DNA from: Acidobacteriota bacterium
GTDB taxonomy: Bacteria; Acidobacteriota; UBA890; WLXD01
Assembly (NCBI GenBank): GCA_963666055.2
Contig: CAXWPH010000007.1
Span: forward strand, 160,001-224,000
Length of the DNA: 64,000 nt
Reading direction: 5' to 3'
A program made the translations under genes and the position numbers. Of the stretch, positions 42,309 to 51,953 are shown one piece after another; within the stretch, counting starts at the first letter, position 1, and each line of letters starts with the position of its first letter. A model generated the notes under the pieces. It saw only the letters and a list, made by a program, of their open reading frames with translations, was not told the origin of the DNA and searched no databases.

Positions 42309-43910
42309 ATGAGCTACCGCGCCATCACCTTGCTGGCGTTGCTGTCGTGGCCCGTCGCCGCCAGCGGCGGCATGCTGGCCCAGGAACCGGTGGACTACGA
42401 CGTCATCCAACGGATCAAAGACGAGGCCTTCAACCGCTCGCGAGTCGCGGAGCTCGTCAGCACCATCGCCGACGTCTACGGACCGCGCTTTTCCAACTCC
42501 CCTGCCTACAACGAAGCAACGCACTGGGCGCGCGAGAAGTTCCGGGAGTTCGGCGTCGATGCCGTGGTCGAGCCATTCGGCACCGTCGGGGTGGGCTGGC
42601 AGAACGAGTACACCTCGTTTCACATGATGGAGCCGCAGTACCAGACACTAATCGCCTACCCCGTTCCATGGACCCGCGGCACCGACGGCCAGATTCGGAG
42701 CACCGCGATCCAGGTGAACGCCGAGGAGATTCGCTCGGCGGCCGATCTCGAGCCGTACGGCGCGCTGGTGGACGGCAAGATCGTCTTCATCGCTCCCTCA
42801 CGAGAGCTGCAGCCGAGCTTTACGCCCGACGGGATCCGCTTCACTCGGGAGCAGCTCGACGACTGGGCGAGCTTTCGCATCCTGCCGGAGCCGGAGCTCG
42901 TGCTGCTGGCAGAGGCTGAGTACGACAAGCTGGTCGACGGTGCGCTGGCCGCACCGATGGAGGCGACCGCCATCGCCGAGTTCCTCGATCGTGCCGGCGC
43001 CGTGGCGCTCGTTTCGCCGGGTCTCGGTACCGATCAGGGCGCCTTCGACAAGGGTACGGTCCGCGTCGTGGGCGGTGAGCCCATCATGCCGGGCGACCCG
43101 AAGCCGATGCCACATGTGATCGTCGCCGCGGAGCACTACAACCGGGTAATCCGCGTGCTCGGCATGGGTAGGGATGTCGAGCTCGAGCTGGAGGTCCGCG
43201 TTCGCTACGACGAGCAAGACCTGCAGGACTACAACGTCGTGGCGGAAATTTCCGGCAGCGATCTGGCCCACGAGGTGGTCATTATCGGCGGCCACTTCGA
43301 CGCCGAGTCGGCCGGCACCGGGGCCACCGACAACGGCGCCGGCAGCGCCGTGGTCATGGAGGCGATGCGTATTCTTCGGGCCATCGACGCGCCCCCGCGG
43401 CGCACCATCCGCGGCATCCTCTGGGGATCTGAGGAAGCCGGCCTGCTCGGTTCGCGCGGCTACGTGCGCAACCACTTCGTCGATATCGAGTCCGGCGAGC
43501 GTCTGCCCGATTACGAGAACTTCTCGGTGTACTTCAACACCGACTGGTACGGTCGCTTCCGCGGCCTGTTCATCGAGGGCAACAGCCTGGTGGCGCCTAT
43601 CTTCCGCGCCTGGATGGAGCCATTCCACGACCTCGGATTTACCCACCTGCTGCCCGTGCCGACCGGCGGCACCGACAGCGTCTCGTTCAACGAGGCGGGC
43701 TTGCCAGGGTTCAAGTTCCTGCAGGACGACCTCGAGTACTTCACCAAGACCTGGCACTCCAACATGGACGTCTACGATCGCATCGTCGTCGCCGACCTGA
43801 TGGGCAACGCCGCGATTCTGGCCAGCTTCGCCTATCACGCCGCCACGCGTGACGAGAAGATCCCCAGATCCGACACGCAGGTCATCAGCAAGCGTTCACT
43901 GAATCGCTAG
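42309..43910 (+). CDS. M28-family peptidase (carboxypeptidase Q-like), canonical site
   Basis: GGHFD, GATDNGAG, WGSEEAG, GGTD, WHSNMD. Confidence 0.9.
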   Translation: MSYRAITLLALLSWPVAASGGMLAQEPVDYDVIQRIKDEAFNRSRVAELVSTIADVYGPRFSNSPAYNEATHWAREKFREFGVDAVVEPFGTVGVGWQNEYTSFHMMEPQYQTLIAYPVPWTRGTDGQIRSTAIQVNAEEIRSAADLEPYGALVDGKIVFIAPSRELQPSFTPDGIRFTREQLDDWASFRILPEPELVLLAEAEYDKLVDGALAAPMEATAIAEFLDRAGAVALVSPGLGTDQGAFDKGTVRVVGGEPIMPGDPKPMPHVIVAAEHYNRVIRVLGMGRDVELELEVRVRYDEQDLQDYNVVAEISGSDLAHEVVIIGGHFDAESAGTGATDNGAGSAVVMEAMRILRAIDAPPRRTIRGILWGSEEAGLLGSRGYVRNHFVDIESGERLPDYENFSVYFNTDWYGRFRGLFIEGNSLVAPIFRAWMEPFHDLGFTHLLPVPTGGTDSVSFNEAGLPGFKFLQDDLEYFTKTWHSNMDVYDRIVVADLMGNAAILASFAYHAATRDEKIPRSDTQVISKRSLNR

Positions 43911-43957
43911 CAGGCCGTGGTGGAAGTGTGACGCACCAAACTTCCACCACGGCCTGC
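43910..43957. repeat. 18-bp perfect inverted repeat with 12-nt loop (MITE/REP-like)
   Basis: gcaggccgtggtggaagt..acttccaccacggcctgc; related half copies at 21466 and 46804. Confidence 0.85.
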
Positions 43958-43978
43958 CAACCCCCCGGAGCAATCAGC

Positions 43979-46774
43979 ATGCCCTTGGTCGCCACCGTTC
44001 TCGTCGTCCTCACCATGCTGGCCGGCGCCGTCGCTGTCGGTGCCCCGCAAGCGACCGAGCCGCTGCCGGATATCGACACGTCCACCTCGGCCAACGGCGT
44101 CGTGGCACTGCCGCAAACCGTCTCGCCGGTCATTCGCGAGGTCTTCGCGAAGTACACCAAGGTGGTGGCGCCCAACGGCAAGCCGATCCACATCCTCGCC
44201 CAGGACGGCTGGAGCGACGCCCGCATCGTCAAGGCGCGCAATGTGCTCGAGCACATCCTGCGCGACGTTCCGGGAACCAAGTACGGCGCCGACAAGCGCA
44301 TCGTCGCCAATGCGATGGCCGACAACCGGGCAACGCTGACCCTATTCAGAACCGAGCCGGACATGCGCGCCGCCTTTCGCGGGCCGCTGCGGGATGTCGA
44401 GCTCGGCATGCAGGACCTGCGCGCCAACGAGGCGCCGGTCGAGGGTCACGAGGACTACATGGCGCACCGCACCCGCGACGCCTCCTACGAGGAGGTGCTG
44501 CACATGGTGCACGACTACGGCATCAAGCCGGCGCTGCCCGAGATGCAGGAGGAGCTACGGCGTATCACCCGCGCCGCCATGGACCGAGGCTTGTGGCGCG
44601 GCAACCAGGATGACCTCGAGAACGAGCCCAACGAGTACTTCGCAGCGATCTACGACAACTACTTGGATCTCTGGACGGTGCCTCCGACCGTCTATGAGGG
44701 GCGGCCGATAGACCCGGACAGAATCCCCGCCGGCACCTCCCATTTCGGCGGATACGGCGCCAGAGGCCGCCACGGCCTGCGACTGTCGGATCCCGAGGGG
44801 CTGGCGATCCTGCAGGAGTTCTTCCCGCCGTTCCTCACCTACACACCCGAGCTACCAGCAGAATTCGAGGGCACGTTCTCGATGCAGCGCGACGGCTCGC
44901 TGCGCTACACCGCCAAGTCGCAGCACCTCAAGAACGCCACGTTAACCGGCAACAACGACGCCGGCCTGATCGGCAACGCTTGGGACAACCAACTCACCGG
45001 CAACAGCGGCGACAACACGCTGCGCGGCAACGCCGGCGCCGACTTGCTCGACGGCGGCCACGGCACCGACACCGCCGTCTACGAGGGCAATGCCGACGAA
45101 TATGACGTGGCACGTGACGGCGCCACGATCAGGGTCACAGACCGACGTATCGATCGCGACGGATCCGACCTGCTCCTCAATATCGAGCGCCTCGCCTTCG
45201 CCGACGGCACCGTAAGCTTGCAGGACTTGGCGAGCGCCGCGGGCCCGGCCAGCTACGCGGATCTGCTGGGGTTGTTCGAGGACTTCCGTGCGTTCCTCGC
45301 CGCCCAGAGGGTCGAGGGCGTGCCCGACTACTCGGCGAGCGCCATGGCGGATCAGTTCGAGGAGCTGAAGCAATATCAGCAGCGCCTCGCCGCAATGGAT
45401 CCTGGTGACTGGTCAATCTCCCAGCAGGTCGACTATCAGCTGGTGCGCGCGGAGATGAACGGACTCGAGTTCCGCCACCGCGTGCTGGTGCCGTGGTTGC
45501 TCGATCCAGGCTTCTACAACGACGCGCTGCCACGCACACGTCTGCGGGGCGACGGGGCGCTCACCGAGGAGCAGCGCGCCACCCTGCGAGACCGGCTCCG
45601 ATCTGTCGGCGGCATTCTCGAGCAGGCACGGGTGGACCTCGACGACCTGTCGGCCGTCGCCGGCGACCTGGGCACGCTGGCGGTGCTGTCGCTAGGCGAC
45701 ACCCGGGCCGCCTACGAGTCGCTGCGAGCGCGCCTGGCGGAGCATCACCCGGAGCTCGTAGCCGACCTCGAGGCGGCGCTCGCCGCCATCGATGGCTACA
45801 TCGGGTGGATCGAGGCCAACAAGCACCGCATGACGGCACGCGCCGGGGTAGGCAAGGACAACTACAACTGGTTGCTCAAGAACGTCTACCTCTTCCCCTA
45901 CACCTGGGAAGAGGTGCGCACGATCGTCGAGCTCGAGGACAACCGCGTCATCACCTACCAGCGGCTGGAGGAGAACCGCAACCGCGACGTCCCCGCCATC
46001 GAGCCGGTGCAATCGCAGGCCGAGTACAAGGCCAGCGTCTCCGCGGCGATCGACCACCTGATGGATTTCCTGCGCGACCAGGAGATCTTCACGGTGAACG
46101 ACTACCTGACGCCCGACGAGTACTTCGGCTCCTGGCACGGGTTCGACAACCCCTGGCCCGAGAAGCACGATTACTTCTTCAATTTCTCGCACCGTGAGCC
46201 GTTGATGGAGGAGACGCACGAGATGGTCGGACACCATTTCGACGGACTGCGGTCGAGAAACGACGACCGTCCGATTCGCGGCGGCCGCCGCCCCTTCAAG
46301 ATCGGCACGGCGCGCGGTGAGGGCTTCGCCTTCGCGCTCGAAGAGCTACTGATGCACGCCGGCTACCTCGACGGACGAAACCCGCACGGCCGCGAGATCG
46401 CCTACGAGCAGTCGGCGTTCCGCACCGTGCGGGCACTCTCCGACATCTACATGCACAGCGGCGACTGGACGCTCGCCGATGCGATGGAATTCTGCGTCGC
46501 CAACGCACCCCATGGAGAGCTGCTCGATGGCAGCCACCACCTGTGGTTCGAGCTCGACACCACGCTGCGCGGCGTCGGACACCACATGTTGATGGTGGTC
46601 GGCAAGGTGCAGTTCATAAAGCTGTTCCGCGACCGCGCCAACCAGCTAGGCGACGAGTTCAAGCTCAGCGAGTTCCTCGATGAGGTACTCGACACCGGAT
46701 CGATTCCCTGGTCGCTGATCCGCTGGGAGATGACCGGCCTCGACGACGAGATCCGCCAGCTGACGTCCGGATAG
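43979..46774 (+). CDS. EExxH zincin-like + RTX repeats + DUF885-like fusion
   Basis: The N-half closely parallels 6412-7665 and the C-half parallels 25471-27097. Confidence 0.8.
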   Translation: MPLVATVLVVLTMLAGAVAVGAPQATEPLPDIDTSTSANGVVALPQTVSPVIREVFAKYTKVVAPNGKPIHILAQDGWSDARIVKARNVLEHILRDVPGTKYGADKRIVANAMADNRATLTLFRTEPDMRAAFRGPLRDVELGMQDLRANEAPVEGHEDYMAHRTRDASYEEVLHMVHDYGIKPALPEMQEELRRITRAAMDRGLWRGNQDDLENEPNEYFAAIYDNYLDLWTVPPTVYEGRPIDPDRIPAGTSHFGGYGARGRHGLRLSDPEGLAILQEFFPPFLTYTPELPAEFEGTFSMQRDGSLRYTAKSQHLKNATLTGNNDAGLIGNAWDNQLTGNSGDNTLRGNAGADLLDGGHGTDTAVYEGNADEYDVARDGATIRVTDRRIDRDGSDLLLNIERLAFADGTVSLQDLASAAGPASYADLLGLFEDFRAFLAAQRVEGVPDYSASAMADQFEELKQYQQRLAAMDPGDWSISQQVDYQLVRAEMNGLEFRHRVLVPWLLDPGFYNDALPRTRLRGDGALTEEQRATLRDRLRSVGGILEQARVDLDDLSAVAGDLGTLAVLSLGDTRAAYESLRARLAEHHPELVADLEAALAAIDGYIGWIEANKHRMTARAGVGKDNYNWLLKNVYLFPYTWEEVRTIVELEDNRVITYQRLEENRNRDVPAIEPVQSQAEYKASVSAAIDHLMDFLRDQEIFTVNDYLTPDEYFGSWHGFDNPWPEKHDYFFNFSHREPLMEETHEMVGHHFDGLRSRNDDRPIRGGRRPFKIGTARGEGFAFALEELLMHAGYLDGRNPHGREIAYEQSAFRTVRALSDIYMHSGDWTLADAMEFCVANAPHGELLDGSHHLWFELDTTLRGVGHHMLMVVGKVQFIKLFRDRANQLGDEFKLSEFLDEVLDTGSIPWSLIRWEMTGLDDEIRQLTSG

Positions 46775-46835
46775 GCAACCGAAACCGTCGACGAGCTCGA
46801 GGTCTAGCGGGCCGTGGTGGAAGTGTGGCGGATCG

Positions 46836-47762
46836 CTAACGGAGTACGGCACCTTCGCCGTGCTCGTCGATCATCTTCTGGATGTGCTCGACGAGTATGG
46901 TGCGCCGCTCGAGCAGCGCATTCAGCTGCCGCGGGACCAACAACGTGTCGACCGCAGCGCGAGTCTGGTCATCGGTCACCTGGTGAAGCAGCTGCCACAT
47001 GCGCTCCGTGCACCACACGATCTCATCGCCGTAGCGGAGCTCTGTGCGCACCTGGAAGGCGCGCGAGTGATCGATCATCCAGAGCTCCCAATCTACGTCG
47101 ACCAGGTAGTTGCCGCTGTTGCGGTCGTCGTTGAAGATCAGGCTGTCGAACAGTCGCATGGCCTGGAGCTGGAGTATCCAGTCGTTCGTCACTGGCGGGC
47201 CCGACGCCGTCTCTCGTTGGTCTCGCTCGCTTTGCGTTCCCTCCATCCACAACTGCACGCTTCCATCGATGCCGTTGACCTTGCGGCAGGCCGTAGGCGG
47301 CACGTTGTCGAGCTCCAACAGACGCGCTATCTCGTAGGCGGCGCACTGGCTCTTGTAGCTGTCGTAGTAACGGCGAAACATGCGCCCGTTCACTCGGGAG
47401 TCGTGCGTCACCTTGTCGACATCGTGAAAGGCGCCGCGCACGCGCACGCCGTCGCGCTCGAGCACCAGACGTTTGATCCCCGTAATGCCGATGCCGAAGT
47501 CCTCTGACGACACGACCTCGGCGGTACGGAGGAACTCCGTCGCCTCCTCGTAGGTTCGAAACGGCAACGGCTTGCCATCGGGGCCCGACCACAGGTGAGC
47601 ATCCTCGGCGTCATCCTGGAAGGCGCCCTCGATCTCGCCCGTGGCCACCGCGTCTTGCGCGAACGCCTCCGAGGTGACGAAGGGAGTCATCAACATGAGC
47701 GTCGCCACCATGGTGACGCTCATAGGTCTGGCCGAACGCTGGCACATCATCGTCTTATCCAA
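46836..47762 (-). CDS. Exported atypical kinase-fold protein (PI3/PI4K- or CotH-like catalytic loop)
   Basis: AAYEI..VPPT..GSVQLW..FDSLIFNDDRNSGN..IDHSRAF; start codon uncertain. Confidence 0.6.
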   Translation of the reverse strand: MDKTMMCQRSARPMSVTMVATLMLMTPFVTSEAFAQDAVATGEIEGAFQDDAEDAHLWSGPDGKPLPFRTYEEATEFLRTAEVVSSEDFGIGITGIKRLVLERDGVRVRGAFHDVDKVTHDSRVNGRMFRRYYDSYKSQCAAYEIARLLELDNVPPTACRKVNGIDGSVQLWMEGTQSERDQRETASGPPVTNDWILQLQAMRLFDSLIFNDDRNSGNYLVDVDWELWMIDHSRAFQVRTELRYGDEIVWCTERMWQLLHQVTDDQTRAAVDTLLVPRQLNALLERRTILVEHIQKMIDEHGEGAVLR

Positions 47763-47772
47763 GGCCCCCTTA

Positions 47773-47997
47773 CTAACTCACCGGTCCCAGGTATTCGTCA
47801 AGGAACGGAATCATGGCCTTCATCACGTCGTCGGGCCGAACCACGTGGCCTCCCTCCGGCTGGACGAGCATCTTGTGCTCGCCCGGCGTCCCCAACAGTT
47901 CGAGGTGGAGCTCGGCGCAGGTCTCCTTCGGACAGCCACCGTCGAAGAGACCGTTGATCAGCAGGGTCGGCAGCTTGATGTGGGGCATGTAGTTAAC
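47773..47997 (-). pseudogene. C-terminal alpha/beta-hydrolase fragment
   Basis: PTLLING..D..LGTP..HK..GGH..FLDEYLGPV; no nucleophile region present. Confidence 0.65.
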
Positions 47998-48114
47998 CTG
48001 TCTCGCCTGCGGGGTGGCCTGGCCGACGACGGCTCCGCAGCCGTCGTCACCCGTGATCTCGACCGCGCCAACCTATTCGCGATCGAAGGCTACCGATAAC
48101 GGCGCGCCAGTGGA

Positions 48115-48146
48115 TTGTGGAGTCAACTGTGGACTAGACTCCACAA
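48115..48146. promoter_or_regulatory. TA operator/promoter, 10-bp inverted repeat
   Basis: TTGTGGAGTC..GACTCCACAA overlapping a TAGACT -10 box immediately before ATG 48148. Confidence 0.75.
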
Positions 48147-48147
48147 C

Positions 48148-48381
48148 ATGGCTACGATTCAGGTCGTCTTGGACGAAGGATTGCTGCGAGACGCGGACCA
48201 GGCTGCGGAGCGCCAGGGAGTGAACCGCTCGGCGCTGATACGAAGCGCCTTGAGGGACTTCCTGCGCAGCGATCGGCTCAGCGCCCTGGAGCGTCAAGAT
48301 CGCGACGGCTATGAAAGGGTGCCCGAGCGCGTCGAAGAGCTCGCCGTCTGGGAGGACATTCTCGAGTGGCCCGCAGACTAG
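48148..48381 (+). CDS. CopG/ribbon-helix-helix antitoxin
   Basis: TIQVVLDEGLL..D..GVNRSALIRSAL. Confidence 0.85.
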   Translation: MATIQVVLDEGLLRDADQAAERQGVNRSALIRSALRDFLRSDRLSALERQDRDGYERVPERVEELAVWEDILEWPAD

Positions 48382-48719
48382 GGTCCCGGCTGGAGCGCGG
48401 GGAAGTTCGACTCGTCAGCTTCGCCGCGCCGAACAAGGTCAGGCCGGCGCTGGTCTTGACTCGGGACAGTGCCCTGGACTACCTGAACCGCGTAACGGTG
48501 GCGCCGATCACCTCGTCCATTCGAGGTGTGCCGTCGGAGGTGCGGCTCGGTGTCGAGGACGGCATGAAGCGTGATTGCGTCGTCAACCTGCACCATCTGG
48601 CCACCATCCCCCGCAACCGGCTCGGGCGCCGCGTCGCGCGCCTGAGCGACGAGCGCATGCGCTCGGTGTGCCGGGCGATCGGCTTCGCGCTGGGCTGCGA
48701 GGACAGGTCGCCTCGGTAA
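48366..48719 (+). CDS. PemK/MazF-family toxin
   Basis: RGEV..KVRPALVLT..VAPITS. Confidence 0.9.
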   Translation: MARRLGSRLERGEVRLVSFAAPNKVRPALVLTRDSALDYLNRVTVAPITSSIRGVPSEVRLGVEDGMKRDCVVNLHHLATIPRNRLGRRVARLSDERMRSVCRAIGFALGCEDRSPR

Positions 48720-48828
48720 GCGTTTCGCTCTCCACCAGCTCCATGGCGATGAACCGGACCCCATCGGACTCCTCGAACCCGTAGATGGTGGCGATGATGG
48801 GGTGATTCAGGGAGGCGAGCAGCTTCGC
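48712..48828 (-). pseudogene. Hanks-type Ser/Thr kinase fragment
   Basis: AKLLASLNHPIIATIYGFEESDGVRFIAMELVESETL. Confidence 0.8.
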
Positions 48829-48863
48829 CGGCGCGCCTTGACTCCGATAGTTGGTCGTCCCGG

Positions 48864-50567
48864 CTAGTCGGCGATCGAGTCCCAGTTCTCCACCAGGTGC
48901 TCGGCGGTGCGCCAGGCGAGCGCCTGGGCGGTGAGTGTCGGGTTGCGCGCACCGCTGGTGCCCATCACGGAGGCTCCGAGAACACCGAGATTCGGGGCCT
49001 CGTGTGAGAAGCCCCATCGATCGACGACGTTGGTGTCGGGATTGTCGCCCATGCGTGTGCCCCCGTAGGCGTGATCCGTCGGCCCCATCGTGTCGATCGG
49101 GCGCTTGACGATCTCCACCGCGCCCGCCTCCCTGTACCACTCCGCCATCTTGTCTTGCAGGAAGACGGCGAGCTTTCTTTCGTTGCCCTTGAAATCGGCC
49201 GTGATGCGGCACACCGGATCGCCGAGGGGATCCTTCACGGTCGGATGGAGGTCGAGGTAGTTGCCCTCGTACGGCAGCGTCGTCGTCTGAATGAAGCACC
49301 GGTTCGAGCGATCGGCGTTCTCCATGATGAACGACTTCCAGTCCGAGCCCCACCGTGGGGCGCGCCCGAAGGTGTTCATGTTCGCGGCGCTGATCGGTTT
49401 TCTCTCGGTGTGGACCCAAAGGTTGCCGCCGCCGATGAAATCGAGCCCGTCGTGGTCGAAGTTGTCGTCGGCCCAGTCGTCGATCGCCACGCCCTGCGCC
49501 GGCAGTCCATACCAGGTGTTGAGGTCGCGCGGAAAAAGGGCCACGACGCCGCTGAACATGTTGTGGCTGAGATAGTGCTTGCCGAGCTGACCGTGGTTGT
49601 TCGACAGGCCGTTCGGATAGGTCGTCGAAGTCGACAGCAGCAGAAGCCGGACATTCTCGTAGGTGAAGCTGGCGAGCAGCACGACCGACGCCGGCTGAAA
49701 GTACGTCTCACCGTCTTTGAGGTAGTAGACACCACGCACGCGTCCGTCCTCGGTATCGGCGATTCGCAGGACGTGAGCCCGCGGCACCACCTGCAAGCTC
49801 CCCGTGTCTATTGCCCTGGGGATCGTCGTTACGGCGGTCGAGTTCTTGGCACTGACGTGGCAGCCGCCGCGACTACAGAAGCCGTGGTAAACACAGGCCG
49901 ACCGGCTCTGGTACGGGCGTGAGTTGATCGCTGCCGGGCCCGGGAAAGGGTGCCACCCGAGACCTCGCGCGGCGCCCAACATGAGCTCGGTGAATCCGGT
50001 GCCTCGTAGCGGCGGCATCGGATACTCGCGGCGCCGCGCACCCTCGAAGATGTTGCCACCGGGATCGATCTCGCCGTCGATGTTGCCGGCCTTGCCCGAG
50101 ACCCCGATCTCATACTCCACGCGATCGTAATAGGGCTCGAGCTCCTCCAAGCCGAACGGCCAATCCTCCACCGTTGAGCCCGCCGGGACGCGCGAGGCAC
50201 CGTAGCGTTGGGTGGTCTCGCTCACCACCTTGAAGTCCCACGGGTGGAGACGCCAGCTCTGCGCCCAGTAATGCAGAGACGTGCCGCCGACCGCGTTCAT
50301 CATCGGGTGGATGGAGTGGCGGGGCGAGTCGGGCGCCGAAGCGTTGCGGCGTTGGACCGGAACCTCCCGGTTCGCCTTCTGCACCGAGCGTGGCCAACCG
50401 CGCCGGTGCTGCAGCTCGTCGGGGGCGAAGTCCGAGGGGCCGAGCCAGTCTCCCGCCTCGAGCCCGATCACTTCCAGCCCCGCCTGGGCCAGCGGCAAGG
50501 CCGCCACACCGCCGACCGCTCCGAGGCCGATGACGACCACGTCGGTCTTCTTCAGCTCAACGGCCAC
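48864..50567 (-). CDS. GMC oxidoreductase (gluconate 2-dehydrogenase flavoprotein-like)
   Basis: IGLGAVGG, VGGTSLH, HAYGGTRMG, NPTLTAQALA. Confidence 0.9.
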   Translation of the reverse strand: MAVELKKTDVVVIGLGAVGGVAALPLAQAGLEVIGLEAGDWLGPSDFAPDELQHRRGWPRSVQKANREVPVQRRNASAPDSPRHSIHPMMNAVGGTSLHYWAQSWRLHPWDFKVVSETTQRYGASRVPAGSTVEDWPFGLEELEPYYDRVEYEIGVSGKAGNIDGEIDPGGNIFEGARRREYPMPPLRGTGFTELMLGAARGLGWHPFPGPAAINSRPYQSRSACVYHGFCSRGGCHVSAKNSTAVTTIPRAIDTGSLQVVPRAHVLRIADTEDGRVRGVYYLKDGETYFQPASVVLLASFTYENVRLLLLSTSTTYPNGLSNNHGQLGKHYLSHNMFSGVVALFPRDLNTWYGLPAQGVAIDDWADDNFDHDGLDFIGGGNLWVHTERKPISAANMNTFGRAPRWGSDWKSFIMENADRSNRCFIQTTTLPYEGNYLDLHPTVKDPLGDPVCRITADFKGNERKLAVFLQDKMAEWYREAGAVEIVKRPIDTMGPTDHAYGGTRMGDNPDTNVVDRWGFSHEAPNLGVLGASVMGTSGARNPTLTAQALAWRTAEHLVENWDSIAD

Positions 50568-51240
50568 GGCCTTCACCTGGCTTCGAGAACCCCTGATAGT
50601 CGTACGCCGACCGGCGACTCGGCGTAACGGCGCCGTCCATGCGCTGCTGTGACTCGGTAACCACCACTCGGACGCCGGGATAGCCGAGCAGGTCCCAGCC
50701 GACGAAATCCCGGTTACCGCCGTAGTGCGGGTCGCAGAAAGTGCCTTCGATCGTATGCGCCCGGAGCAGCCCGAAGAACTCGGCCGAGCTCGAGTCGAAG
50801 CCGCTCGCAACGCCCTGCTCCATGTCGCTCAAGACGTCGTCCTGATCCCCTTCCGAGAGCCCGGCGAAAGGCGCGCCCCTGGAGGCTCGTGCGTACCCGT
50901 CCACCGCGGCGAGGCCCGCCGCGTATGCCTCGCGGTGCAACGCAAGAGCGCCGGACAGAGCGCGGTCGATGTAGCGCGCAGCGCCGGCCTCGACGGCGCC
51001 CGGTCCGCTATCGTCGGTCGGAATCAACCGCGCGACGATCGCCTCGAGCACTCCGGATTCCGCCGCGGTGAGCGTCTCGAAGGCGTCCTGGGCGGTTGCG
51101 GCCTCCTGTGCTCGAGCAAGAGTTGGCACCGGCAGGGTCGCCGTCGCGCCAACGATTCCGGCTCGCTTCAGCAGCTCGCGGCGCGACAGACCTCTGCCAG
51201 TCAAGAGCGCCCTGATGAACTCCCCGAGCTTCGTCGACAT
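50557..51240 (-). CDS. Gluconate 2-dehydrogenase subunit 3-like, Tat-exported
   Basis: SRRELLK twin-arginine signal; EGTFCDPHYGGNRDFVGWDLLGYPG. Confidence 0.9.
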   Translation of the reverse strand: MSTKLGEFIRALLTGRGLSRRELLKRAGIVGATATLPVPTLARAQEAATAQDAFETLTAAESGVLEAIVARLIPTDDSGPGAVEAGAARYIDRALSGALALHREAYAAGLAAVDGYARASRGAPFAGLSEGDQDDVLSDMEQGVASGFDSSSAEFFGLLRAHTIEGTFCDPHYGGNRDFVGWDLLGYPGVRVVVTESQQRMDGAVTPSRRSAYDYQGFSKPGEGRGR

Positions 51241-51248
51241 GTCCGGTG

Positions 51249-51941
51249 TCAGTGCTCCCCGTGAGCCGACTCGATGTGCTCGAGACGGAGCTCTTCCCCC
51301 ACCCAGACAGCGGTGATCTCGACCTGCTGGCCAGCATGGGCCCTGAGCTCCTCCTCGAAATCCCCGGCATTGACAAAGCCGATCACGGCCTTGTGATTCC
51401 TCAACGCGACGATCAGCGCCAGGTCCTCGGGAGCCTGCACCCGGCCAAGCACCCACGCCGCCGGATCGGGCTCGTCCTCCGGAGGCACAAGCTCGACCCG
51501 ATGGCCGATCACCCCTTGACGTGAGGTCCGGAACTCTTCCGGGCGGTTGTACATCAGGGTCTCGCCCTGCCGGAAGCCGCTGACCTGCTGGGTGCCGAGT
51601 GGGCTGACGACAGTTCCGCTGACCCGATCGCCGTCGAGCTCGAGGTCGTAGTCGTAGGCGCCGAAGCCGAAGCTGATCGCAGCGCCGTCGACGCGCAGGC
51701 CGTCGATCGGGAGAAATGTGTCGCGAACCGAGGTGAGCTGTCCGTCGATCTCACCGCCAACCTCCTCCAATCGCAGCAGCACGGTGCGAATCCTGCCGGT
51801 CGCACGCTGACTCTGCTCTCCGAATTTCAGGTTCCAGAGCCCGACGGGATCCGGCTCGGCAGCCTGGATACACGCGGCGATTCCGAGGCCGAGCGTAAGG
51901 CCGGTGGCGACGGCGAGCGCGCGAGAGTCTCCGAGCGGCAT
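51249..51941 (-). CDS. Hypothetical lipoprotein (duplicated unit A)
   Basis: GIAAC lipobox; paralogue of 53201-53884. Confidence 0.75.
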   Translation of the reverse strand: MPLGDSRALAVATGLTLGLGIAACIQAAEPDPVGLWNLKFGEQSQRATGRIRTVLLRLEEVGGEIDGQLTSVRDTFLPIDGLRVDGAAISFGFGAYDYDLELDGDRVSGTVVSPLGTQQVSGFRQGETLMYNRPEEFRTSRQGVIGHRVELVPPEDEPDPAAWVLGRVQAPEDLALIVALRNHKAVIGFVNAGDFEEELRAHAGQQVEITAVWVGEELRLEHIESAHGEH

Positions 51942-51953
51942 CGAATACGACCC

